DNA of 64,000 bases from Candidatus Bathyarchaeota archaeon (GCA_963771885.1 CAVYVF010000022.1:64001-128000), one strand, 5' to 3'; counted from the stretch's first letter, positions 48,153 through 59,016 are shown. Notes: generated from the letters alone by a model not told the origin. A program made the numbers and translations.

Positions 48153-49568
48153 ATGTCAAATCCTGGCAGCGTCGAGAACATGACGGCCTTCGCGGAGAAG
48201 GTCATCCCGGAGTTCATGAGGGAGGGCAAGGTCCCCGGCTTCAGCATAGCCGTCGTCAAAGAGGGAACGGTGGTCTACGCGAAGGGCTTCGGAGCACGCG
48301 ATCCTGTCCGTAGCCTCCCCTCGACCCCAGATACGCTCTACGGCATAGGCTCATGTACGAAGAGCTTCGTGGCGCTAGCCGCGATGCAGCTCGCCGAGAA
48401 GGGCAAGATCAAGCTCACTGACCCCGCTTCGGACTATGTCCCCTTCAAGCTGGGACTGAAGGGCAAGCCGATAACTATCCACCACCTGCTCAGCCACGGA
48501 AGCGGCATTCCCAACCTCGCAACAAGCACAATCGGGCTCAGCCGAGGCGTCGGCATAGAGCTCGGCGTCCCATGGGGCTCAGCCGACGACTTCTATCGCG
48601 TTGTCAACTCCGCCAACTCTGAGATAGCAGCAGATCCCGGTGAGCGCTTCTTCTACAGCAATGAGGGCTTCCGCGTCGTCGGCCACATAATACAGGAGGT
48701 CAGCGGCGTCCCATTCCACGAATACATCAGGGATAACATCCTCATACCCCTCGGCATGGGGAGAAGCACGCTCGTCAGGCACGAGTTCGATGTCGACCCT
48801 GACAGGATGACTGCCCACTGGAAGAAGACCGACGGCACCATGCAGCCAACAGGCTTCCCATACCCCGACGTCTCTGAGAACCCCAGCTTCAGCTGGAACG
48901 CGGCCGCGGGTGGCCTCATGGCGCCGATGACGGAGTTGACCACCTACCTCGCCATGCTGATGAACGGCGGCGCTCACAATGGAAAGAGGCTCGTCTCCGA
49001 GGAGTCGATCCAGACAATGTTCACGCCACACATCGAATACTGCGGTACCTACTGGGGAATGAGCAGCTATGGCTACGGTTGGAGTATCCTTCCCGACTTC
49101 CTCGGGGAGAAGCAGGTGAACCACGGCGGCAGTCTCCTGGTCGCAACCGCTCACCTCGCCCTTGTGCCCCGCCTCGGGATAGGCGTCGCTATGGCTGCGA
49201 ACACGAGCAGACCACCCTTCGCCACAATCGCAGACGGAGTCTTCGCCGCCTTAATGGGCAGGGACCCATACGAACACCCCCACCTCAAACTACGCGACAG
49301 GATGAAGAGCCTCACTGGAGAGTACCAGATACACATGGGACTGGAGAAGCTTAAGGTCGTGAATAGGGGAGGCCTCCTCTACATCGAGCAGAAGGACCCG
49401 TTCCTCGACGCGTTAACCCCCCTCATCCCCGAGGAATCCACCCTCAGCAACCTACGCTTCTACACGCAGGTGGAGGGCATACGGACACCAGTTGAGTTCG
49501 TCGAGGCGGGGGGAGGGTACGACCTCTATCTAGAGAGGTACAGATACCATAAAAGGGTCGGAGGGTAA
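48153..49568 (+). CDS. Serine hydrolase, beta-lactamase/peptidase S12 family
   Basis: GSCTKS (SxxK), LLSH.SG, YSN, HGG. Confidence 0.9.
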   Translation: MSNPGSVENMTAFAEKVIPEFMREGKVPGFSIAVVKEGTVVYAKGFGARDPVRSLPSTPDTLYGIGSCTKSFVALAAMQLAEKGKIKLTDPASDYVPFKLGLKGKPITIHHLLSHGSGIPNLATSTIGLSRGVGIELGVPWGSADDFYRVVNSANSEIAADPGERFFYSNEGFRVVGHIIQEVSGVPFHEYIRDNILIPLGMGRSTLVRHEFDVDPDRMTAHWKKTDGTMQPTGFPYPDVSENPSFSWNAAAGGLMAPMTELTTYLAMLMNGGAHNGKRLVSEESIQTMFTPHIEYCGTYWGMSSYGYGWSILPDFLGEKQVNHGGSLLVATAHLALVPRLGIGVAMAANTSRPPFATIADGVFAALMGRDPYEHPHLKLRDRMKSLTGEYQIHMGLEKLKVVNRGGLLYIEQKDPFLDALTPLIPEESTLSNLRFYTQVEGIRTPVEFVEAGGGYDLYLERYRYHKRVGG

Positions 49569-49671
49569 CTCTCACTCGCATCGAGCTACTTAAAAACCCA
49601 TCAATATTGTATCGACTAAAAAATCCTCTATATAGTAAGAAGTCAAATTCAGAACAGAAGCAGGAATAGTC

Positions 49672-49999
49672 TCAACGATATCTTTCGTTTCTACCCCGCT
49701 TACGCTCGTCCTTGTTGTATTCCTGCTTACGCTGCCCCTCGATGCGCGCGCGGCGGAAACTCCCCCCCTTGTCAGCGCCTTGTATGTACTGGTTGATGGT
49801 GCTGTAGAAGTAGTTGTAGTCCATCTTGTCGTCGTGCAGCTTTGCTATTGCCTCGTTGAGGGCGGTCTTTGGCTGCGGCGTCTGCGGCGTCGAAGGCCTT
49901 ACTATACGCCTCGTAGGCAGCAGTGAACTTGAAGTCCGTCTTGTCGCTGTAGGTAATCTTCTCGGGGGCTTGCTCTTCCGACACCCTGTCAATCCTCAC
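49672..49999 (-). CDS. Hypothetical protein; frameshift near 49868
   Basis: ORF 49772-49999 N-terminus joins ORF 49672-49992 C-terminus (AADAAAK-TALNEAIAKL...RRARIEGQRK). Confidence 0.55.
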
Positions 50000-50071
50000 C
50001 CTGAGTGGGGGTCATTCTGATATAAACCCCTATCCCCGGGACTTCTGGGGAGGTTTATATCCGTCTGCTCG

Positions 50072-51169
50072 TTGGCTTCAGTGATGTCGGGCATCTCCGA
50101 GCGTTTTCGCGATGGCGAGACGGCGAAGAAGGTTATCAGACTCATCGAGGAGCTGACGGAAGGCAGACGAGTCAGGATTGTGCATGTCTGCGGGACGCAT
50201 GAGGACGCCATAACCAAGTTTGGGCTCAGGAGCATGCTCCCGAAGAACGTCGAGGTCCTGATGGGTCCGGGGTGCCCCGTCTGCACGGTACCGCCGAATA
50301 GGATAGACTTCGCAATACGACTTGCCGAGTCGGGTGCTATACTCACAACATTCGGGGACATGATCAGAGTCCCAGCGGGGCTAGGAAGCCTCGCTGATGC
50401 AAAGGCAAAGGGTGCCGATGTGAGGATAGTCTACAGCATACACGACGCAGCCGAGATGGCCAGAGAGACGAAGAAGGAGGTTGTTCACTTCGGTGTAGGC
50501 TTCGAGACAACGGCTCCGACGACAGCCTCCGAGCTACTCGCTAACCCGCCTGAGAACTTCAGTGTCTACAGCGCTCACATCCTGATCCCACCGGCGATGA
50601 TGCTTCTGCTTGAGTCAGGTGAGACGCCAGTAGATGGCTTCATAGATCCGGGCCACGTGAGTGCTATCATCGGGGAGGAGGGCTACAGCGAGGTCACGAA
50701 GAAGTACAAGGTACCTCAGGTGATTGCGGGCTTCGAGCCCCTTGATATTCTCTTCGCCACCGCGATGATATGTAGGCAGCTCAAAGAAGGGCGCGGCGAA
50801 CTCGAGAACGCCTACACTAGGATAGTGAAGCCGGGAGGCAATCCTACGGCTCTCAAGCTGATGCGTGAGGTCTTCGAGGTACGGGACGCGCCTTGGAGAG
50901 GCATCGGGACAATACCCGCCTCGGGACTCGTCCTCAGAAAAGAGTTCGAGGCCCACGACGCTTCGAAGAGGTTCGAATTCGAGTCAGAAGAGAGCTATGA
51001 GATGCCTCACGGATGCCGCTGCGGTGAAGTGCTACGCGCCGTTTGTTATCCGTGGGAATGCCCTCTCTTCAACAAGGAGTGCACACCGGAGTCCCCTATT
51101 GGGCCCTGCATGGTGAGCCACGAGGGGAGCTGCTTCATATCGGCAAAGTACGGCGTTGAGCAGACGTGA
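50072..51169 (+). CDS. hypD: [NiFe]-hydrogenase maturation protein HypD
   Basis: VCGTH, GPGCPVC, GFETT, PGHVS, C.CG.VL....P.ECPLF...CTP..P.GPCMVS.EG.C. Confidence 0.96.
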   Translation: MASVMSGISERFRDGETAKKVIRLIEELTEGRRVRIVHVCGTHEDAITKFGLRSMLPKNVEVLMGPGCPVCTVPPNRIDFAIRLAESGAILTTFGDMIRVPAGLGSLADAKAKGADVRIVYSIHDAAEMARETKKEVVHFGVGFETTAPTTASELLANPPENFSVYSAHILIPPAMMLLLESGETPVDGFIDPGHVSAIIGEEGYSEVTKKYKVPQVIAGFEPLDILFATAMICRQLKEGRGELENAYTRIVKPGGNPTALKLMREVFEVRDAPWRGIGTIPASGLVLRKEFEAHDASKRFEFESEESYEMPHGCRCGEVLRAVCYPWECPLFNKECTPESPIGPCMVSHEGSCFISAKYGVEQT

Positions 51170-51432
51170 GGGCGGTACGAATAATCGTCTCGGGTCACGT
51201 ACAGGGCGTCGGCTTCAGAGCTTTCACGCAACAAAGAGCTTCGCTGCTATTCCTCGCGGGCTGGGTGAGGAACCTCTCAGACGGCTCCGTTGAGATTCAC
51301 GCCGAGGGCGACAATGACAAGGTCATCGAGTTCCTCACATGGTGCCGTGTTGGACCAAGGACCGCGAGGGTCGATGAGGTTACAGTGGAGGATACTAGAC
51401 CCGAAGGGTTCTCGGACTTTAAAAGGCGTTAA
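51166..51432 (+). CDS. acyP: Acylphosphatase
   Basis: VSGHVQGVGFR, GWVRNL.DGSVE. Confidence 0.93.
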   Translation: MRAVRIIVSGHVQGVGFRAFTQQRASLLFLAGWVRNLSDGSVEIHAEGDNDKVIEFLTWCRVGPRTARVDEVTVEDTRPEGFSDFKRR

Positions 51433-51494
51433 ACAATGTCGCTCAGGGGATTTCCGGCACCAATGCTATAACGGAGGCACGTCGGCTATCCAGC

Positions 51495-51857
51495 ATGGAA
51501 AGACCCTTCGGCGTCACACTACTCGCCTCATTCTTCTTCGTTCAGAGCATTATCAACCTGCTCGTCACCTACAGCTACTACATCGGCGGTGCGCCGACGT
51601 TCCCGTTGGTTTACTACGCAGTTGACTCCGTCGCCGGACTTGCCCTCTCATACGGGCTCTGGAAGGGGCATATGTGGGGGAAGATAGGAACCATGATCCT
51701 CTCAGGAGTGGAGATATTGATCGGGGTCCTCGGGACATACGTCGCCATCGACATCGAGCCAACATCGCCGTTCCAGGCGATCACCAAGCTCATAGTCTAC
51801 GCCATAGTCATCTATTTCCTGACTAGACCCGAGATAAGCGAGTGGTTCAAAAAATAG
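51495..51857 (+). CDS. Small 4-TM membrane protein
   Basis: RPFGVTLLA start and YFLTRPEI..WF end, hydrophobic. Confidence 0.75.
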   Translation: MERPFGVTLLASFFFVQSIINLLVTYSYYIGGAPTFPLVYYAVDSVAGLALSYGLWKGHMWGKIGTMILSGVEILIGVLGTYVAIDIEPTSPFQAITKLIVYAIVIYFLTRPEISEWFKK

Positions 51858-51863
51858 GAGAAG

Positions 51864-52940
51864 CTACGGGGCCACTTCCTCATAAACTTCCTTGAGGGCA
51901 TCGAGCATCTGGGTTAGACTCAGGTTGGGAATGTAGCCCATGTTTCCGATACGATAAGTAGTCTCCTTTAAGGCGCCGTATCCCTGGGCGAGTTCAAAAC
52001 CCTTGGCCCGCATCGCCTCGTAGATCTTCGCCCCGGGTATACCCTTGGGCGCCTTTACGCAGTTGACGGTCGGACTCTCCGATCCCCTCTTCGGGTAGAC
52101 AGGTGTGCCCAACTTCTTGACGACGCGGCGGATTCGTGTATTCCTCTTCTTGTACAGGTCGAAGTACCACTGCTTGCCGCCCTTATCCTCAACCATTCGG
52201 AGCGCCGCGTTTAAGCCAGCGACCTGCGGGATGACTGACGTGACAGGTGTACCCTGCCCCTTCTCGTGGTCCTTCTGCCAGAGGAGGAGGTCAAAGTAGT
52301 AGCCCCTGTTGGGAATCTTCTCGGCGACCTCGAGGCACCTCTTGCTGACTGATCCTATGCCTAAGCCTGGTGGGACACCGAAGCACTTCTGGCTGCTGCT
52401 AAAGCAAATGTCGATGCCCCAGTCATCGACCTTAAGCTCGGTGCCGCCCATGCTGCTGACGGCGTCGACGAAGATGAGTTTCCCGTGCTTCTTAGCGACG
52501 GCGCAGAGGTCCTTTAGTGGGTTGATGAGACCGGCGCTTGTCTCGTTGTGGGTGATGGCGACTGCCTCAATCTCAGGGTGACCCCTGAGGGCGTCATCGA
52601 GCATCCCTGGCGTCACTGGCTCGCCCATGGGAGGTTCAACGATCGTCGCCTTCCTTCCGTTCGCCTTGGCGACGTCGGCGAATCTCTTCCCGAAGTCTCC
52701 GTTTACGCAGACGACGAGGTTATCCTTGACACAGTTGCGTACCGCCGCCTCCATGAACCCGGTGCCCGTCGCGCTGAACAGGTAGATAGGGTTCTGCGTT
52801 TCAATGTATGTCTGTAGGCGCGCCACTGTGTCGTAGTGGAGCTTCTTGTACTCGGCGCTCCTGTGGCTGTACATCTGCTCCCCCATAGCCTTGAGGACGA
52901 CTGGGTAGCAGGCCACGGGGCCCACCGTGAACAGCTTCAT
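51864..52940 (-). CDS. Class V aminotransferase (serine-pyruvate/alanine-glyoxylate family)
   Basis: SHRS, TGTGFMEA, HNETSAG, VDAVSS, SSQKC..VPPG, RIGNMG. Confidence 0.92.
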   Translation of the reverse strand: MKLFTVGPVACYPVVLKAMGEQMYSHRSAEYKKLHYDTVARLQTYIETQNPIYLFSATGTGFMEAAVRNCVKDNLVVCVNGDFGKRFADVAKANGRKATIVEPPMGEPVTPGMLDDALRGHPEIEAVAITHNETSAGLINPLKDLCAVAKKHGKLIFVDAVSSMGGTELKVDDWGIDICFSSSQKCFGVPPGLGIGSVSKRCLEVAEKIPNRGYYFDLLLWQKDHEKGQGTPVTSVIPQVAGLNAALRMVEDKGGKQWYFDLYKKRNTRIRRVVKKLGTPVYPKRGSESPTVNCVKAPKGIPGAKIYEAMRAKGFELAQGYGALKETTYRIGNMGYIPNLSLTQMLDALKEVYEEVAP

Positions 52941-53040
52941 ATAATATTCCTCGGTGAGGAAATGCGCAATTCAGGATAAAAGTGTAGGGTATCGCCGACC
53001 CGACGATGGGGATAAAAGCAGCGGCGGCGAGGCTTCAGCT

Positions 53041-53265
53041 ATGGGGGAGCGTGTTCTCAGGGACGAAGAGGCAGACCAGCTGATCATCCAGCTCCTGCGC
53101 GACGCGGGGCGTCCGCTCACGACGCGAGAGGTGCAGGAGGAGACACAGAAGAGGCTGGTCCGGTGCCCCGACTCGACGGTTGTCTTCCTGAACAAGTTGC
53201 GCATCCGCGGCGTTGTGCACGGTGAGATGTCTAAGGAGCGCCGCGGCTGGATCTGGTGGGTCTAG
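53041..53265 (+). CDS. Small winged-helix protein with a CPD motif
   Basis: IIQLLR....PLTTREV....RCPD.....LNKLR.RG.V......GWIWW. Confidence 0.7.
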   Translation: MGERVLRDEEADQLIIQLLRDAGRPLTTREVQEETQKRLVRCPDSTVVFLNKLRIRGVVHGEMSKERRGWIWWV

Positions 53266-53537
53266 GTCCAGCACGCCGTCTTATTGCAATACTCGAGCAG
53301 CCTGACCCAGCCTTCATAGTCGACGACCTCGACGCCTTCGACGGGCTTCTTATAGTCATCCTTGAGAGCGTGGAGACGGGCGAAGTTTAGGCGATCCACA
53401 ATCTGTGGGTCCTCGGCTAGGCGGCAGCCCTCACCAGTGAAGAGAATAATTATCTTCTTTCCCTGCGCCGCAACTCGGCGGGCTATACGGAAGCTCTCGC
53501 CGAAGTCCTGCGTCCCTATTTGGAGAAGGATGATCAT
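53262..53537 (-). CDS. DsrH/TusB-like sulfur relay protein
   Basis: ALKDD....VEVVDYEGWVRLLE......W C-terminus. Confidence 0.7.
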   Translation of the reverse strand: MIILLQIGTQDFGESFRIARRVAAQGKKIIILFTGEGCRLAEDPQIVDRLNFARLHALKDDYKKPVEGVEVVDYEGWVRLLEYCNKTACWT

Positions 53538-53548
53538 TCATTATCCTC

Positions 53549-53896
53549 CTAGAAGATGGCGACGACCCTGCTCTCAGAGAGCCTCTCCGCGAGGGCGTCA
53601 AGTGTTATCATTTTTACGTTGAGGTTGGGGTCGAGGTCCTCTACCTTCATGCTGCGTTCCTCCATGTCGGAGTCGAGGACGTGGAGTCCCGCGAGGTCTG
53701 AGGTAGTCTTTAGATAGTCCCAGAGCTGGCGGAGGGGGAGGGCGTTGTGTACGAGTCCGGGAACGGCATCGTCCATGAAGACAATAAGTGGAATGTGGTC
53801 CATGCCGACGAAGGCGGCGCTTAGACGGAGTCCCTCCCAGAACCTACTCCCGGGTTCCACCTTGCTGCGGAAGATGAATGTGGTCTCTTCGCTCAT
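53549..53896 (-). CDS. DsrF/TusC-like (DsrE family) protein
   Basis: EGLRLS..F......VFMDDAV; DSDMEER. Confidence 0.7.
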   Translation of the reverse strand: MSEETTFIFRSKVEPGSRFWEGLRLSAAFVGMDHIPLIVFMDDAVPGLVHNALPLRQLWDYLKTTSDLAGLHVLDSDMEERSMKVEDLDPNLNVKMITLDALAERLSESRVVAIF

Positions 53897-54189
53897 CCCA
53901 TGAACACCACCTTATCGTTGCCCTCGAGCTGCTCGACGAGCTCGGCGAGGCTGCTCATCCTCGCGTTGACGGGCATGTTCTCCTTAGTTATCTCGTACTC
54001 GACTGCGCTTGCCCTGCAAGCGAGGAGGTCAGCGTAGAGGTACTCGACGGGACTCGGGTTCTTGAGGAGGCTTATCGCCTCCTCGTTAAAGAAGACGGTA
54101 ACGGCGTGACCCGAGCGTATAGCAGCCTTGCTGAGGCCCTCGACATCCCTAAGCTTGCCGGGTGTGGAGACGACGAGCAGTAGGCGCAT
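53893..54189 (-). CDS. DsrE/TusD-like sulfur relay protein
   Basis: AA..SGH.VTVFF..E, LACRASA (conserved Cys), SSLAELV......DKVVF. Confidence 0.75.
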   Translation of the reverse strand: MRLLLVVSTPGKLRDVEGLSKAAIRSGHAVTVFFNEEAISLLKNPSPVEYLYADLLACRASAVEYEITKENMPVNARMSSLAELVEQLEGNDKVVFMG

Positions 54190-54316
54190 ATGTCACCTGA
54201 ATGGTGGGGAGCCCCTTAACGGTTTCTCCGCCGTCCATGAATTAGAACAGCTTGGCGTCAATGTTCTATTCCCTAGCATTAAGCCGGCTCCCGGTGAGCA
54301 ATATAATAGATGTTCA

Positions 54317-56177
54317 ATGGCGGAAAGTAGGGTACGGCTTACGGCATACGTCTTCCTAGGAATCCTCTGCGGGAGCCTTATTCTCAACGCTGCGGCGAGC
54401 TTCAACTTCGCGCCGCTCGTTCTCCAGTACGAGTCCCCGGGCTTCAACAGGTTCCGCTCCGAGGCAGAGCTGAGGTGGTTCCTCGATGAGAAGGCGAAGG
54501 CGAATATGTACACCGGCTGGGACATGGTGCTCGGAGGCATCGCCCCAGGTATTCAGTTCGCGATCAAGGGAAGTGCGGGGACCGCCACCTCTCTGGCGGG
54601 GCAGGAATCCACTAACGATTACTCTTCGACAAATATACAAGTCGCGGGGGTCGACGAGGCGGACATCGTGAAGACGGACGGGGAATACATCTACCTGACG
54701 CGGCTCGACACAGTCTACATTATCAAGGCGTACCCCACTGAGGACGCGGAACTCGTCGCCAAGATTCGCCTCGGGGATCAGGTTGGCGACCTCTTCATAG
54801 CTGGGGACAAGCTGGTCGTCTTCGTCAACGGCTACGGCATGATGGTAGCCAGTGTAAAGGGAGGCATCTACAGGCCTTACTCGGCAAAGACTGAGGTCTA
54901 CTTCTACGACGTCTCAGACAGGACGAACCCGGTGCTTGAGAGGACGTATGAGGCAGAGGGGAGCTACATCGCGACTCGGATGATCGGTAACTTCGTCTAC
55001 GTGGTCTCGCAGAAAGGGGCGTGGCTCTACGACGGCGTACTCGAGTTGCCAGCTTACACGGAGAACGGGCGCGTCTGCCAGATTACGGCTCCGAGCATCT
55101 ACTACTACAACGGCACCGACAACAGCTACGCATACACGACGATAGCGAGCGTGAACACGCAGGACTCGACATTCCCGATACAGTCGGAGACGTTCCTCCT
55201 CGGTTCGAGCAGCACGGTCTACTGCAGCGCCGAAAACCTCTATCTGACGACTTCGGGCTACTCGGAGACTGGTGTACACAAGATAAGGCTTGATAACGGG
55301 AGCATCGAAGGCGTTGCCGATGGTACCGTTCCAGGCTGGGTGCTCAACCAGTTCAGCATGGATGAGAGCGAGGGCTACTTCAGGATAGCAACGACTACTA
55401 GGCTACTCTTGGGGTGTCGCTGCCTCGTCGAAGAACAACGTCTACGTCCTAGACCCAGAGATGAAGGTTGTGGGGAGACTTGAGGACCTGGCGCCGGGGG
55501 AGCAGATTTACAGCGCCCGCTTCATGGGGGACCGCCTCTATATGGTGACGTTCAAGAAGGTCGACCCACTCTTCGTCATCGATCTCTCGGAGCCAACGGC
55601 GCCTCGTGTGCTTGGGAAGCTCAAGATACCCGGATACAGTAACTACCTCCACCCCTATGACGAGAACCACGTCATAGGCTTGGGTAAGGAGGCGGTGGAC
55701 GCCGAGGGCGGCGACTTCGCCTGGTACCAGGGAGTGAAACTCAGCCTCTTCGACGTGACCGATGTCTCAAACCCGGTCGAGGTGGCAAAGGTAGAGATAG
55801 GGGACAGGGGTACGGATTCTCCAGCGCTGTACGACCACAAGGCGTTCCTCTTTAACAGAGAGATGAACCTACTCGTGATTCCAGTGCTTGAGGCGAAGGT
55901 GAGCGGTCAATACGCCTCGGAGGCAAACGCATATGGAGACTTCGTCTACCAGGGCGCTTACGTCTTCAACATCAGCACGGAGGGCATCAGCCTTAGAGGG
56001 CGGATAAGCCACCTGCAGGGAGACGAGTTACTTAAGAGTGGCTACTGGTTCGACTCCGACTACAGCGTCCTCAGGAGCCTTTACATCGGGGAGAACCTCT
56101 ACACGATCTCAGGGCGGATGGTGAAGATCAACAGCCTCGCCGACTTGAGCGAGTTGAAGGTGATCGCCCTAAATTAA
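54317..56177 (+). CDS. Secreted beta-propeller domain protein; frameshift near 55405
   Basis: Signal anchor, YS.TN.QV.GVDEADIVKTDG, LNQFSMDE...RIATT; then GEQIYSARF, VTFK.VDPLFVIDL, LKIPGYS.YLHP. Confidence 0.87.
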
Positions 56178-56288
56178 CCAAGTCTTTTTTCTTACGTATG
56201 GCGAAACTTTCGGGTTTTTCCTATTTTCAGCCGTGGTTACACCGGTTTTCTGTTAGGTTAATATACACGACGCGTTTTCTCCCCATTC

Positions 56289-57635
56289 ATGGCTCAGGGC
56301 GGTGGGCTGGTTCGCCTGACTGGGATGCGGCTCTTTGCCGTTATCTGGACGGGGCAGTTCTTCAGCCTACTCGGAACCTATATGAGCCAGTTCGCGCTGA
56401 GCATCTGGGCTTGGCAGCTGACTGGGGAGGCTACGGCTCTCGCGCTGGTTGCCTTCTTCAACTTCGCCCCCTCAGTGATCATGTTCCCCCTCGCCGGTGC
56501 CCTCGTAGATAGGTGGAACCGGAAGCTCGTAATGATGATCAGCGACGTCGCCTCAGGGATAGCGACGATCATTGTTTTCCTTCTATTATCGGCGGGGAAG
56601 CTTGAGATATGGCACCTCTACGTGACAGGTGCCTTCACGGGGATATTCCAATCCTTCCAGTGGCCAGCGTACAGCGCCTCAACGTCACTAATAGTGGAGA
56701 AGAAGGACTACGCCCGGGCGAGTGGGATGCTAAGCCTCGCAGACTCGGTGTCGAACATCGTGGCGCCAGCTGCAGCTGGGGTCCTCGTCGCCATCATCGG
56801 GGTCACTGGGATTCTGACGATAGACATTGTCACGTTCCTCGCCGCGATCGGGATACTCCTCATTGTTGTCGTCCCGCAACCACCGAAAACCGTGGAGAAG
56901 AGGAGTATGCTCAGCGACACCTTCTACGGCTTCAGGTTCATCGCAGAGAAGAGGGGACTGCTCGGACTACAACTCAACTTCTTCGCCACAAACCTCCTAC
57001 TTGGAGTTGGATTCACACTCCTCACGCCCATGCTGATGCTACGTACAGGAAATGATACAGTTATTACGGGTACTGTTCAGTCAGCCTTCGGCATCGGAGG
57101 AGTCGTTGGCGGCATTGCGTTGAGTGCGTGGGGTGGACCGAAGCGGAAGATAGACGGCGTTTTCCTGGGCATGGCGGCGAGCGCTCTACTTGGGATGACG
57201 ATGATGGGGATCGCCCAGACGCCGTTGTTTCTCATGGTCGGCGCTTTCCTAACGATGCTCTTCATACCCACGTCGAACGGCTCGAACCAAGCGATCTGGC
57301 AGGCAAAGGTTCCACCTGAAGTTCAGGGCAGGGTATTCGCTACGCGTGCCTTGATTGCAACGATGTCCTCACCAATTGGTATGGCGATAGCAGGACCTCT
57401 CGCAGATAAGGTGATGACACCGGCCATGGAGCCGGGGGGTGCCCTCTCCAGCGTCTTCGACTGGCTCGTCGGGACGGGGCCCGGCGCAGGCATAGGGCTC
57501 CTTTTCGTTCTGCTCGGCTTACTCGGCGCAGCCATAACGCTGAGCGGCTACGCCTTCAAGTCGGTGAGGGACGTCGAGAAGGACATCCCTGACCACGACG
57601 CTATAAAGAAAGAGGATTCGACTAATGGGCCTTGA
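56289..57635 (+). CDS. MFS transporter (MefA/DHA3-like)
   Basis: IW.GQ.FS..G, AGALVDRWNRK, Q..VPPEVQGRVF. Confidence 0.9.
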   Translation: MAQGGGLVRLTGMRLFAVIWTGQFFSLLGTYMSQFALSIWAWQLTGEATALALVAFFNFAPSVIMFPLAGALVDRWNRKLVMMISDVASGIATIIVFLLLSAGKLEIWHLYVTGAFTGIFQSFQWPAYSASTSLIVEKKDYARASGMLSLADSVSNIVAPAAAGVLVAIIGVTGILTIDIVTFLAAIGILLIVVVPQPPKTVEKRSMLSDTFYGFRFIAEKRGLLGLQLNFFATNLLLGVGFTLLTPMLMLRTGNDTVITGTVQSAFGIGGVVGGIALSAWGGPKRKIDGVFLGMAASALLGMTMMGIAQTPLFLMVGAFLTMLFIPTSNGSNQAIWQAKVPPEVQGRVFATRALIATMSSPIGMAIAGPLADKVMTPAMEPGGALSSVFDWLVGTGPGAGIGLLFVLLGLLGAAITLSGYAFKSVRDVEKDIPDHDAIKKEDSTNGP

Positions 57636-58824
57636 AGTACTCCTTAGCTTCCTTGAGCACCTCCGGCTTGGCAAGTAGCTCGACCATCGTCATGGCGAGC
57701 GCCTTCGTACCGACCATCATAGCTTCGAGACCCTCCGAGGTCATTGTGCAGTCTGCTAGCTGCTTGCTGTGGCCGGGGATGTTCTCGGGACCGATGCCGA
57801 TGTAGCTGCCGGTGGATGGACACTTTTGACTGACGTCACCGAAGTCGGTGGAAGCCATGGGTATACCGGCCTGCGTCTCTTGCCAGTCGTCAACCTTGAC
57901 GCCTTGGTCTATGTAATTCTGGTAGAGGACCTTGACGAGAGGGATGTTGGGCTTCATGCTGCTGTAGAGCTTTGCCTTTGTTACTGTCACTTGAGCACCG
58001 GTCGAGATGGCTGCTCCCTCTGCGCATTTGGCAACCTTGTCGACCATGGTTTCTAGGTATTTTTCGTCGCTGCTGCGGACTCCGAACTGGCAAACGGCGC
58101 GGTCGGGGATGATGTTATTGGCGAGACCGCCTTCGGTTATGATGCCGTGAATTACTAGATTGGCGTCGCGGCGCGCTTCCTGACGGAGCATGTGTGTCGC
58201 CATGTAAGCGAGAGTAGCTGCATTCAGCGCGTTGATGCCCTTCTCGGGGCTGGCGGCTGCGTGGCTGGTCTGTCCCTTGAAATCCATCTTTAACTGCCAG
58301 ATACCGAGGGCTTTGCCACCGACTCCATAGCGGGTCGCGGGGTGGAGCATTATGGCGGCGTCGACGTCGTCCCAGAAGCCCTTCTTAGCCATTATTACCT
58401 TGCTGCCCGCGCTGGGGCCTCTACCCTCCTCGGCGGGGGTGCCGACTACGAGTATATCGCCGGGGAGGTCTCTGACTACTCGAGCGGCGGCGACTCCGGA
58501 GCCTATAGCGGATGCGGCGATTAGGTTGTGTCCGCAACCGTGGCCGACACCGGGAAGGGCGTCGTACTCGGCGAGAACGGCGACCTTAGGTCCCTTCTTC
58601 TCGCCCTTCCACGAAGCAGAGAAAGCTGTGGGGATGCCTAGGAGTTGCTTCTCGACTTTAGCGCCCTGCCTTTCGAGCTCCTCGGTGAGGAGTGCGTATG
58701 CCTTGTATTCCTCGGAGCCTAGCTCGGGGTTCTCGTACATCCACGTGGCTATCTCTGTAAGGCGTTTCCTCTGGGACTCAACCTCCTTTTTCACGTTTTC
58801 CTTGAGTACATTAACGTCGACCAT
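57622..58824 (-). CDS. M20 family amidohydrolase (ACY1L2/AbgB-like)
   Basis: PELGSEE, AEYDALP..GHGCGHN, GTPAEE, HAA..P..G.NAL, STDFGDVS. Confidence 0.92.
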   Translation of the reverse strand: MVDVNVLKENVKKEVESQRKRLTEIATWMYENPELGSEEYKAYALLTEELERQGAKVEKQLLGIPTAFSASWKGEKKGPKVAVLAEYDALPGVGHGCGHNLIAASAIGSGVAAARVVRDLPGDILVVGTPAEEGRGPSAGSKVIMAKKGFWDDVDAAIMLHPATRYGVGGKALGIWQLKMDFKGQTSHAAASPEKGINALNAATLAYMATHMLRQEARRDANLVIHGIITEGGLANNIIPDRAVCQFGVRSSDEKYLETMVDKVAKCAEGAAISTGAQVTVTKAKLYSSMKPNIPLVKVLYQNYIDQGVKVDDWQETQAGIPMASTDFGDVSQKCPSTGSYIGIGPENIPGHSKQLADCTMTSEGLEAMMVGTKALAMTMVELLAKPEVLKEAKEYFKAH

Positions 58825-59016
58825 TTTGATCTAGTATGATTGATTAGCTGGGCTGATAGCGTTTGCTGGTGCGATCGGTGGCGCGTGTGCCCGTCGTTTC
58901 CTCCTCCGCTGCCGTAGCGTTTCAGGCTGTTTGGCGCGCGCGCTTTACAAAGATCGGTGTTTCGCCAGATTTCCAGACGCGCTCTTCGCCACGATGGCAT
59001 TAAAAAAAACGTGCAT

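Noticed and set aside
17713..56177. Frameshifts in porB, pyrG, cdvB2, DUF2207, the 42718 gene, the 49672 gene and the beta-propeller gene read as pseudogenes or programmed frameshifts
   Set aside because: They are small indels, mostly single extra bases, with no shared slippery motif, and they hit otherwise intact and often essential genes. Long-read consensus error is the simplest explanation; short-read polishing would settle it.
58825..59016. Riboswitch-like leader upstream of the M20 gene
   Set aside because: The partial resemblance to a fluoride riboswitch is on the wrong strand and lacks the 5' pairing; only a T-tract after ppdK is clear.
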